Shown here piece by piece: positions 11,290 through 19,852 of a DNA stretch of 64,000 nt. Position numbers and translations under genes: made by a program. Below the pieces are notes generated by a model. That model was not told where the DNA came from. It searched no databases and worked only from the letters and a program-made list of their open reading frames with translations. This stretch comes from Candidatus Micrarchaeota archaeon (GTDB taxonomy: Archaea > Micrarchaeota > Micrarchaeia > Norongarragalinales > JAPLXB01): positions 9,506 to 73,505 of the forward strand of contig JAPLXB010000022.1 of assembly GCA_026396285.1 (NCBI GenBank). Reading direction: 5' to 3'. Numbering within the stretch: position 1 is the stretch's first letter; each line of letters begins with the position of its first letter.

Positions 11290-12189
11290 TTAGCCTATTG
11301 CGCCGCTTTCAAGGAGCGCGCCGATTGCCAGGAAAATTACCGCCCACGCAGTCAGTTTCGCGATGTCGTTGACGATTATCACGAAACCGGGCTTGAGGTA
11401 CGTTTTCTTTATCAGCGAGCTGCTTAGGATTCCGCCCGCGAGCGCTCCGGCCGAATAGGACAGGAGTTCAAACGTGCCGTGGGGAACCAAGCCCATTGCC
11501 CCGATGCCGATGCCGGTGAGTATGGATTCGCCGGGCGCGTGCAGCACGAACTGCTTTGCGACCCCGCCGATGAACACCGCGATGACCGACGCGTTCCACG
11601 ACAGTATGAAAACCGACCCGGCGCCGTAGAGGATGGAAAGCACTACCACGAGCACGAGGACTTGCATGTTGTGCAGGAAAATTGTTTCAAACGCAGCGAC
11701 CGCGTCCGTTGCAAGCGACGAGGCCGCGTTTATGGCGTAGCCGGAGAACTGGGCGTTTATCGCATTTATCTCGTTCAACTGGATCGCAAACAACTGGCTT
11801 GATTCCTGCGATGGGAGGGTGAAGTACCAGAACACGAATCCCGCGACCAAGCCAGCGAAATAAGCGAGCATGACCACGATCAGGGGCAGGTGGCGCGCGA
11901 GCGTGTGGCTTCCCAAAACCGTTTTCTCGCTCGTCTCGAAAACCTGGAATTCGAAGAAACGCAGCATCATCGGCAGCGACGGGAGGGCGACGAGTGCCAC
12001 GAGCAGCATGCCTGCCCCGCCCAGATTGCCCGCCGAAAGGTACAGCGTCGCAAAGACCGCGACGGTCACGAAAATGAAGCTCAGGAAAATGATGGACAAC
12101 GGGTTTCTCTGCGCCGACTCCGGGCTAACAATCGATTCCAGGACCATGGAAAAGCTTTCAAAGGTATCAATAAAAATGGTTTCTAGCAT
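11290..12189 (-). CDS. Polytopic membrane protein (hypothetical; no Cys, so not an archaeosortase)
   Basis: 299 aa with about 7-8 hydrophobic segments. It is divergent from the PEF-CTERM protein gene. No catalytic Cys/Arg pattern of exosortase/archaeosortase is present. Confidence 0.35.
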   Translation of the reverse strand: MLETIFIDTFESFSMVLESIVSPESAQRNPLSIIFLSFIFVTVAVFATLYLSAGNLGGAGMLLVALVALPSLPMMLRFFEFQVFETSEKTVLGSHTLARHLPLIVVMLAYFAGLVAGFVFWYFTLPSQESSQLFAIQLNEINAINAQFSGYAINAASSLATDAVAAFETIFLHNMQVLVLVVVLSILYGAGSVFILSWNASVIAVFIGGVAKQFVLHAPGESILTGIGIGAMGLVPHGTFELLSYSAGALAGGILSSSLIKKTYLKPGFVIIVNDIAKLTAWAVIFLAIGALLESGAIG

Positions 12190-12197
12190 ATAGTAGC

Positions 12198-14072
12198 ATG
12201 CGTTTCACCGGCTTCGCGGTCGCGTGGCTCTCCGCGATTGTTCTGATTGCTTGCGCGGCCGCCGCCGCAACTACCGTTTCGGCTTGCGGGTCGTCTCTAA
12301 ACGCCGCCGGAGAAACCTATGAGCTCAACCAGAGCATTTCCCTTGCCGGAGGCACGTGCCTCATCATCAACGCGGCAAATATCACGCTTGACTGCCAAGG
12401 CCATTCCATAACCGGCGACAGGGACGCGGCCACGCTGGCAATAGAAGTTTCCCCCTCGGCCGATAACGCGACAGTCAAAGGCTGCGAATTGGAAGACCAC
12501 GGCACCGGGATATACATCGATTCCGGGACAGTGAATCACGTCATAACTAACAACACGATTCACGACGCCCGTGATGCCGGAATCGAAAGCGACAGTTCGT
12601 GCAACAACACCGTCATTTTCAACAACACTATCTACGACGTGTACACTGATGACTTTCTGGTAGGGACAGGAATCTGGATGCGGGGCGAATACCACAACAT
12701 TTCATTCAATTCAGTGAGCAACATCGGCCAGGACGGAATAATCCTCTCTCCCTCCAACCACAGCGTCGTTTCATTTAATTCGGTGAACTGGACCCATTAC
12801 GAGGCCGGAATTTACGTGGATGGCGGCGGCTCTTACGAAAACCCTAACGCCGAGTACATAACCATTTCAGGAAACAACGTGACGTCACCGGGAGTTGACG
12901 ACGTCACGGACGGCGCGGCAGGCATATACGTGGCTGGCAGGCACTGCAACGTCTCATACAACCGGGTTTACAACAGCACGGCAGCCGGCACCGCTTCAAC
13001 CGGCATGGAATTCTACTACGGTTACAACAACACGGTTGCCGGAAATAATGTCTCATTCAACAACATGGGCATAGTAGTCTATGCAGAGGGAACGGTTTTG
13101 CGGAACAACGTAGCGGACGGCAATGCCTTCGAAGCATATGCAATCGGAGTCATAAGCGATGCGGACTTCTCCGCAACCGGCGATTATGACATCGACAGTT
13201 CAAACACAGCCAACGGCGACCCCATTCACTATTATTACGGCGCGTCCGACCTAGTAATCCAAGGCCTTTCCCTTTCCGGCGCCAACACCGCCGGCGGAAA
13301 AGTGACTTGCGTCAAGTGCACTAACATGGTCATCAAAAACAGCGTGTTCGCGAACAATGCTGGCGATGCTTCATCCGAGCTGTTCCTTGCAGGAGTCCTT
13401 TTGGTGAACTCCACCAACGTCGTAGTCATGACAAACACCATGCAGACCAACTCTTATGCGGTTTGGATCTACGGCGGTACAAACATTACGATAAAGGAAA
13501 ACAACTTCTCCACCCAGAACACCGCGGGCATACTCGTCCATTCAAACGCCACAGAAGGCTACGAAACTACAGAACTAAGCCTCGTGGACAACTATGGGTC
13601 GGACAACGCCGAATGGCTCAGCTTCGAGGGAGAACCGATTTCGTGGAGCGTTTCGAAAAACGGCTTCAGGTTATCATACTACAACGTCTCCTCCACCGAA
13701 GCGGTTGAACCCAACATATATCTTGCCAGCGGCGTCATCGCGGTGAACACCACAGCCAACCCGGCGCTGAACACGAGCGCCAACGTCACCCTCACCTTCG
13801 CCGGCAGCTGCCCGCGCATCGACCTGTACTATTACGCAAACTATTCAACGAGCCTCAGCGAAATTGTCGCCAACGGCCAGTTATGCAATTCGACTAGCAC
13901 GCCGGCGTGCAACATCATTTCCTGCTCGGGAAACACGGTCACGTTCTCGGTGTCGCACTTCGATTCCTACGGCGGCCAGGGATATGACATACCCGAATTC
14001 TCGGGCTTGGCGGCGCTGTTCGCAGCCGCCCTCGCGGGCGCGGGCTATGCGCTGGCAAGGAAAAGAAAATAG
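12198..14072 (+). CDS. Secreted right-handed parallel beta-helix repeat protein with C-terminal PEF-CTERM sorting signal
   Basis: 624 aa. It has an N-terminal signal peptide and repeated NNT[IV]xxN / GIxI motifs typical of PbH1 beta-helix repeats, plus many N-x-S/T sequons. The C-terminus ...YDIPEFSGLAALFAAALAGAGYALARKRK is a tripeptide PEF, a hydrophobic helix and a basic tail, which is the PEF-CTERM archaeosortase-type signal. Confidence 0.6.
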   Translation: MRFTGFAVAWLSAIVLIACAAAAATTVSACGSSLNAAGETYELNQSISLAGGTCLIINAANITLDCQGHSITGDRDAATLAIEVSPSADNATVKGCELEDHGTGIYIDSGTVNHVITNNTIHDARDAGIESDSSCNNTVIFNNTIYDVYTDDFLVGTGIWMRGEYHNISFNSVSNIGQDGIILSPSNHSVVSFNSVNWTHYEAGIYVDGGGSYENPNAEYITISGNNVTSPGVDDVTDGAAGIYVAGRHCNVSYNRVYNSTAAGTASTGMEFYYGYNNTVAGNNVSFNNMGIVVYAEGTVLRNNVADGNAFEAYAIGVISDADFSATGDYDIDSSNTANGDPIHYYYGASDLVIQGLSLSGANTAGGKVTCVKCTNMVIKNSVFANNAGDASSELFLAGVLLVNSTNVVVMTNTMQTNSYAVWIYGGTNITIKENNFSTQNTAGILVHSNATEGYETTELSLVDNYGSDNAEWLSFEGEPISWSVSKNGFRLSYYNVSSTEAVEPNIYLASGVIAVNTTANPALNTSANVTLTFAGSCPRIDLYYYANYSTSLSEIVANGQLCNSTSTPACNIISCSGNTVTFSVSHFDSYGGQGYDIPEFSGLAALFAAALAGAGYALARKRK

Positions 14073-14149
14073 CCTGCCGCGGCACCTCGCTTGTTTTATT
14101 CGGGCGGGGCATCCGCGCACGACGCTGCCGCGCAAAACGCCGCGGCGCA

Positions 14150-14782
14150 TCACGCCGCGCCGGCCATGCTCCTCACGACATAGCGGCCCCTTGACTCGAT
14201 GACGCCGAGGCGGCGCATGACCGCTCCCGCGCCTTTTTTCTTCGACGCATACTCCTTCCAAAAAACGCCGAAATCCCTTTCGCCCGCGGATTTTTTGAAC
14301 AACAGCACGTCCGTCGCCTGCCCCTCCACCGACGGCGTGAATTCGCTCAAGCCGAAGTCAATGAGCCACAACCGCCCCCGTGAATCAACCATGAAATTGG
14401 ATGTGGTGGAGTCGCCGTGGGCTATTCCGGCGCCGTGGAGCGCGGCCAGGCACGCGCCAGCTTCCTTCAGCAAGCGGTTGCGCCCAGGCGTCCGCAGCCT
14501 CGGCAGGGACTCCCTCAACAAACCGCCCGATATCTTGTTCAAGAAAAGTTCTTTCTTCACCAAATCAACGTGCTTTACGACAGGGCACTGGACTCCAGCC
14601 TGCTTGGCTGCCCGCAGGACGCTCGCTTCCTTCCTCGTCCTTTCCGAACGCAGCGCGACATCCAGCGCGTGCACGCGGTACCGCTTGCGGACGCGGCGCT
14701 TGCACACTGCCGGCTCGCCGAAAAACATGCATTCGATTATTTCGGCCTCCGCGCCCTTGCCAATCGTATTCATTCCAGCCAT
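14150..14782 (-). CDS. bud32: Kae1-associated serine/threonine kinase Bud32 (KEOPS subunit)
   Basis: 210 aa minimal kinase fold: GAEAEI...KRR..K.YR...LD, then the catalytic loop AHGDSTTSNFMV and LIDFGLS (DFG). Confidence 0.7.
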   Translation of the reverse strand: MAGMNTIGKGAEAEIIECMFFGEPAVCKRRVRKRYRVHALDVALRSERTRKEASVLRAAKQAGVQCPVVKHVDLVKKELFLNKISGGLLRESLPRLRTPGRNRLLKEAGACLAALHGAGIAHGDSTTSNFMVDSRGRLWLIDFGLSEFTPSVEGQATDVLLFKKSAGERDFGVFWKEYASKKKGAGAVMRRLGVIESRGRYVVRSMAGAA

Positions 14783-15466
14783 TCAATCGCCGCATTGCGC
14801 GCAAATTCCGTTCCCCGCCTCCTGCGCCTTCACGAAATCGCGGGCCGCCTTCATCGCTTTCTTTGCCAGCGCGCCGTCGCGCAAGAGTTTCGGCGGCGAA
14901 ACAGTCACGTCAACCAATGCAGACGGGGGTTTATTGGAAAGCCTGCCGCCGTCAACAACCAAGTCCGCCCTGCCCTCGAACAATTCCCGCGCCTCTTCAG
15001 GGTCATGAACCGGCGGAGCGCCCGACGGGTTCGCGCTCGTGGCCGTCACCGGCCTCCCGGCTTTTTTAACCAAATCAAGGGCAAAAGAGTGGCCGGGAAT
15101 CCTGAACGCCACGGTGCCGTTTTGGGAAATGTTTTCCGCCAGCTTCCCCTTTTTTCTCTTCACGACCAGCGTCAGCGGCCCGGGCATGAACAATTGAATC
15201 AGGTGCTGCGCCAGCGCGCTTATCTGGCAGTATTCGCGCGCCATTTCCCCGCCTGCAACGATTATCGACAACGCCTTTTCCTTTTCCCTCCCTTTTGCGC
15301 CAAAAACCTTTTCCACGGCCGCGGGATTGGTTGCGTCGGCCGCAATGCCATATGATGTTTCGGTGGGGAACACGACGATGCCGCCGCCGGCGATGACTGA
15401 CGCCGCTTTTTTCGCTCCGACCGCGCCTGCTTTGACTGACGCTGTTTTCAATTTTTTAACCATCAA
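14783..15466 (-). CDS. Threonylcarbamoyl-AMP synthase Sua5/YrdC/TsaC
   Basis: 227 aa. IVVFPTETSYGIAADA (YrdC signature), PLTLVVK, VAFRIPGH and VTATSANPSG motifs. It abuts bud32 with no gap. Confidence 0.7.
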   Translation of the reverse strand: MMVKKLKTASVKAGAVGAKKAASVIAGGGIVVFPTETSYGIAADATNPAAVEKVFGAKGREKEKALSIIVAGGEMAREYCQISALAQHLIQLFMPGPLTLVVKRKKGKLAENISQNGTVAFRIPGHSFALDLVKKAGRPVTATSANPSGAPPVHDPEEARELFEGRADLVVDGGRLSNKPPSALVDVTVSPPKLLRDGALAKKAMKAARDFVKAQEAGNGICAQCGD

Positions 15467-15470
15467 CAGT

Positions 15471-16466
15471 TCACCATTTTATTTCCGGTTCGTCCAACCG
15501 CATGCGCTGCCGCGGCTCCGCATCCCTCGGCACCGCCTTCGCCTTCAGCATCAATAGCCCGGTGAGTGCAATCATGCCCGCTTGATCCCCGGACAAGTCG
15601 TCTGGCGTGACGCAGAACCTCGCGCCCTGCTCCTCGCTCATCAGCCTCAGCATTTCCTGGAGCCTTCGGTTGCGGGCGTTGCCCCCGCACAAAAGGACTT
15701 CCGGGTTGCGCGTGTGGCACAGGCACCTTTCAGTGGCTTCTACGAGGGCGCTGAACGCGTATTCCTGGGCGGAATAGCATATGTCCGCCGCCGGCGCGGT
15801 TCCCTTCATTTTCTTTGTTTTCGTCAACAGGCCCGCGTACGCGACGCTCATTCCCTTCACCGTGTACGGCAGTGGCAAAAGCGCCTTCCCTTTCGCGGCC
15901 TCCTTCAACACGCCGACTGCGTCCGGCGGCTCCAGTTCCAGGCCGCGGCCGACTTGGTCCAGGAAGTTTCCGAGGCCTATGTCAAGGGTTTCGCCGAACA
16001 CGCGGTAGTGGCTGTGGCGGTTGTGGTCCTGTTTTTGGAGGGCGGCGATTTGGGTGTTGCCCCCGGAAACGTATACAACCAAAGGGTTTTTTGCCTTGCA
16101 CCACCATTTCCCGACTTCCACGTGCGCGACAGTATGGTTCACTGGAACAAGCGGTTTTCCGCAAAGGAGCGAAAGCGTCTTGGCGGCGACCCACCCGACG
16201 TGGAGGCAGTGGCCGATGCCCGGGCCCTGCGAGTAAGCGAACGCGTCAATGCCGTCCAGCGCCTTGCCGGCTTTCGAGAGAGCGGCTTCGGCGGCCTCGT
16301 TCCAGTGCTCTGCATGGAAATCCGCCAGTTTCCGCGGGATGTAGCCCTCTTTTGTGGACGGGTATTTGAAGCACTCGTTGGAGAGTACGGAAATTTTTCC
16401 CTTCTTTTCCGCAACCACCGCTGCGCCGAACGTGTGGGCAGTCGACTCGATTCCGAGGACGAGCAT
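15471..16466 (-). CDS. kae1: tRNA N6-adenosine threonylcarbamoyltransferase Kae1/TsaD
   Basis: 331 aa. MLVLGIESTAHTFGAAVV, HxxxH-type (HAEHWNEA) and SGG..N motifs of the Kae1/TsaD ASKHA family. Adjacent to sua5 and bud32. Confidence 0.85.
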   Translation of the reverse strand: MLVLGIESTAHTFGAAVVAEKKGKISVLSNECFKYPSTKEGYIPRKLADFHAEHWNEAAEAALSKAGKALDGIDAFAYSQGPGIGHCLHVGWVAAKTLSLLCGKPLVPVNHTVAHVEVGKWWCKAKNPLVVYVSGGNTQIAALQKQDHNRHSHYRVFGETLDIGLGNFLDQVGRGLELEPPDAVGVLKEAAKGKALLPLPYTVKGMSVAYAGLLTKTKKMKGTAPAADICYSAQEYAFSALVEATERCLCHTRNPEVLLCGGNARNRRLQEMLRLMSEEQGARFCVTPDDLSGDQAGMIALTGLLMLKAKAVPRDAEPRQRMRLDEPEIKW

Positions 16467-16532
16467 GGAGTTTTTTCGTTCCGGCGCTTTAAATCACCAT
16501 AGATTTATATTTCTCCGCGGCGAAGCGCGTTC

Positions 16533-17354
16533 ATGGCAGCGAAACGCGTGTGGGGAAAAAAGCCGGGGCCGGCGCCTGTTTTCCACCCGCGGCACAGGCC
16601 CGAGCCAGTCCCGTTGCTCGCCGCTTCCATCGCCGGTATAGTAGCGGGCGGCGTGCTGCTCGTCGCGAGCGCCGTGCTCGTCGACTCAATCCGTTTCAAG
16701 TGGCTGCAGGTCATTCTCGGCGCAGCGTGCCTCGCGGCCGCCCTGTTCCTGTTCCACGCCAAGAAAAGGGACAATTTCCTGGCAGTGCTTTCGGCGGTCC
16801 TCTTGTGGAACGGGCTGCTGCTCTTCCTTTTGGAGGCGATGGGTTTCCGCGCAGGCGCCTTGTTCGCGCTGAACCCGTGGACGCTCACGATTTACGCGGT
16901 CGCCGCAGTCTCCACGCTCCTTGCCTCGCTTTACGTCGAGGCGTACACGTCAATGTTCCTTGCGCATTCGGCGGGTTTTGCCGCCGCGTTCATGGCCCCG
17001 TTCGTCCTCGCGTGGGTCGCCCGGCTGGCATTCAAGGACGAGTGGGCGAATTACTGGGGCACCGGGCTCTTGGTTCCGGTTTACTTCATCGCCGGCATAA
17101 TAATCCTGTTCGGCGAGGCGCGGTGGCTGGGTGAAAAAAGGCGCGCGTCAGCCAGCCCGTATCTGCGCGCTGCCGCGACTTCCCTGTTCCTCGTCGCCCT
17201 TGCTGCTGTGTCAATCCGCCTCGTCGACCCGCTCAGGCCTTTTTACTTGGACGTGTCCAGGAACTTTTTGTGGGTGTTTTTCTACTCGTCCGCAATCGTC
17301 GCCCTTGCGATAGGCTTGAAGGAAGGCGCGAAAAGGCTTTTTGAAAAACAATAG
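16533..17354 (+). CDS. Polytopic membrane protein (hypothetical)
   Basis: 273 aa with about 7 hydrophobic helices. The overlapping alternate-frame ORF is Arg-rich and judged spurious. Confidence 0.4.
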   Translation: MAAKRVWGKKPGPAPVFHPRHRPEPVPLLAASIAGIVAGGVLLVASAVLVDSIRFKWLQVILGAACLAAALFLFHAKKRDNFLAVLSAVLLWNGLLLFLLEAMGFRAGALFALNPWTLTIYAVAAVSTLLASLYVEAYTSMFLAHSAGFAAAFMAPFVLAWVARLAFKDEWANYWGTGLLVPVYFIAGIIILFGEARWLGEKRRASASPYLRAAATSLFLVALAAVSIRLVDPLRPFYLDVSRNFLWVFFYSSAIVALAIGLKEGAKRLFEKQ

Positions 17355-17384
17355 ATGACCGGCAGCTGTCCGGCAGGCGCCCGT

Positions 17385-19667
17385 TCACTCGAAGGTTCCC
17401 TTGAACGGCTTTTGGAAACCGGGAAACTGGGACGCGCCCTTCGCCGACTCAAGCTCGTTCAGCTTCCTCTTGACCAGCCTGACCGCGTCCTGCTGGATGC
17501 GCTTGGAAAACAGGGACTCGATTTTTTCCTCCAACGCGTTATTCTGCGCCGCCGCCAGCGTTTCCCCCTCGGCCTGCGCGTGGCGCTTCACCTGCTCGGC
17601 CCTGAACGACAAGTCGTTGAACTTCTCTATCCCGAAACCCCTCCTCATCGTCTCTATCCTGAAGTCCTTAACGAACGAGTCGAGCTCGGCGGGCAGCAGC
17701 TGGTAATACCGCCTCATTGCCGCCTTCTCAACGGTCGGCATCATGTAATGCTTGTAGGCGAAATAGCCGCCGATTCCGAACAACCCGACCCCGATGACGA
17801 GTATGTGCCACGGGAACGGCGCTTCGGTCACCGCAAAAGCAACGCCGGCCGCGGTAATCCTGATTTTCGTCGCGAACGTCTTGCCGCGCTCGTTCATCGC
17901 GCTCAGCGAGTACTCAATCTGCCGGGCGCTTTCTATCTGGCAGTGGATCATCTGCTCGTTGGGGACATCGTAGCACATGCAGTCGTCTTCGCTGCATTCA
18001 ATCCTCGAGAGCGGCGAGGGCGAATCGTAGCGGATGGAAATGTTCGCGGGCTCGCCGAACACGATGGGCATCGGGCTGTAAAACGTCTGGTTGCCGAAAA
18101 CGGGTTCGCCGGCTGTTGCGCTGCCGCATTCGTCCAGGTAATCGTCCGCTGACTCGCCGCAGTTGCACAACCCGTCCTGGTGCGCGCCGCACGCCGGCGT
18201 CGAACAATACGGCTTCGAGCCGCTGGCGCACTCCGGTCCGCCGCAGTCAAGCGCCAGCTCGTCCGGCTTGCACGCGGAAGCGCAGGAACCGCGGTTTTCG
18301 CACTTCAGCTTGACACATTCCTGCCCCTCCGGCTTCAGTCGCGTGGCGCACTCGGTGTCCGAAAAGCACGCCGGCGGCCTGCACTGGCCGGCGCAGCACA
18401 TTGACCCGCCGCCGCAGGCCGTTCCCTCGGGCTTCGGCTTCCATTCGCCGTTGGAGCATGTGCCGTAGAAGCAGTTGCCAGTCTCGTTGAACGACGGGTG
18501 CTTGGAGCCTTCGGCGTAACAGGTTTTCTGCCACTTGCACTCGCCTGCCGGGCACGGCAAAAGCTCCGGGTTGGGCGTCGGAGTCGGCACAGGCGTCGCG
18601 TTCGCCGCCGGCAGGAACTTGGCGCTCACCAGGCTCCCGCCGCACACTGATGCCATCGTCGTCGGTTCCTTCACCTTCACGGCGAAAGTGCCTTGCTTGT
18701 CGTACGAGCATTGCGCGGAGCAGAAGAAACTCGAGTTGAGGCACGTTGCCGACGCGGTTTTCCCGTTGCCGCAGTCGAAAAGGAAGTTCCAGCTCTCCAC
18801 GCCGGTGACGATGCCGAAGCCGCTGTAGAAGGCGGTCACTGAAACGGTCTGGGGCGACTGGATGCTCGGTGGCATCACTTGGATGTTGCATTTTGACGAC
18901 TGGGTGGACAATACCGACGCAGGGGTGGTCGTCGAAGACGCAACGGTGCTAAAAGTCACCTGCGCCTCGCTGCTCGTCAGACTGCTGTTGTCAACGGCCT
19001 TTGCCTTGAAAATGCATCCATCGTATGCGTGGTAGACGCCGATCGCGTCAGCGGTCGGAACCCAGGAATAACTCCAAGTGGTGGATGAGTTCGCGGCCGC
19101 AAGCGATGCAGCAGTCCAGCTTCCGCAGATGTTGCTTGGGCAACACACTTGCGTTGAAACTGAAGTCACCTTGTAGTCGTCTGACGCGGTTCCTGAAAAT
19201 TCAATTGTCTGGCCGGCCTTGAAATAGGAATTGCTCGGGGATCCGGTTATGGTGACCACTGGAGGAAGGTCAGTGGTGGCCGGGTTTACAGTCACTTGCG
19301 CGGAACATGTTTCCGAAGTGCTACAAGAATTAGGTGCATCAAAGGTATCTGAACACGAGATGGTTACTGATAGGGTGTAAGTGCCTTGGGTTGAGTAATC
19401 GCAGGATGCGGAAAACGGGGCGCCGGCAGCCGCGAGCGTTGTCGGCCCGCAATTAGACACGTCTAATGCAGGCGTGGAACCGTAAGCTGATCTATTTCTA
19501 TAGTTTATGTCCGGGTCAGAAGTATTGTGGGAAATCGTGAATTGCGCCGTGCCGCCGGCAGTGATTGTCTGGCTCGCGGGCGTGATGGTGCAGGCTGCAC
19601 TTGCGTTGTTCGCGGCCAGGAGCAGGAAAAGGGCGCAGCACAGGGCTGCGAGTATTTTTTTCATCAA
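17385..19667 (-). CDS. Cys-rich type I membrane glycoprotein (signal peptide, extracellular Cys-rich region, single TM, cytoplasmic coiled-coil tail)
   Basis: 760 aa. N-terminal MMKKILAALCCALFLLLAANNASA signal. More than 40 Cys in CxxGxC / CxC patterns across residues 360-520. A TM helix FPWHILVIGVGLFGIGGYFAY. A roughly 130-aa charged C-terminal tail. Confidence 0.5.
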   Translation of the reverse strand: MMKKILAALCCALFLLLAANNASAACTITPASQTITAGGTAQFTISHNTSDPDINYRNRSAYGSTPALDVSNCGPTTLAAAGAPFSASCDYSTQGTYTLSVTISCSDTFDAPNSCSTSETCSAQVTVNPATTDLPPVVTITGSPSNSYFKAGQTIEFSGTASDDYKVTSVSTQVCCPSNICGSWTAASLAAANSSTTWSYSWVPTADAIGVYHAYDGCIFKAKAVDNSSLTSSEAQVTFSTVASSTTTPASVLSTQSSKCNIQVMPPSIQSPQTVSVTAFYSGFGIVTGVESWNFLFDCGNGKTASATCLNSSFFCSAQCSYDKQGTFAVKVKEPTTMASVCGGSLVSAKFLPAANATPVPTPTPNPELLPCPAGECKWQKTCYAEGSKHPSFNETGNCFYGTCSNGEWKPKPEGTACGGGSMCCAGQCRPPACFSDTECATRLKPEGQECVKLKCENRGSCASACKPDELALDCGGPECASGSKPYCSTPACGAHQDGLCNCGESADDYLDECGSATAGEPVFGNQTFYSPMPIVFGEPANISIRYDSPSPLSRIECSEDDCMCYDVPNEQMIHCQIESARQIEYSLSAMNERGKTFATKIRITAAGVAFAVTEAPFPWHILVIGVGLFGIGGYFAYKHYMMPTVEKAAMRRYYQLLPAELDSFVKDFRIETMRRGFGIEKFNDLSFRAEQVKRHAQAEGETLAAAQNNALEEKIESLFSKRIQQDAVRLVKRKLNELESAKGASQFPGFQKPFKGTFE

Positions 19668-19852
19668 CCGGCATTATCCAACGCGTTTTAAAGATTCTTT
19701 CGAAAAGCCCGAAAACCCTGTGGAAACCGGAAAAAAGCTCCTGCGGCCGAAAACCGCCTGACGCCACAGGAACCAGCCGAACTCCATAATTGTAACCACT
19801 TTTAAATAGTAGCATGTATTAAATACTGGTTTTCCCATAGTTTTGGGGTTTC

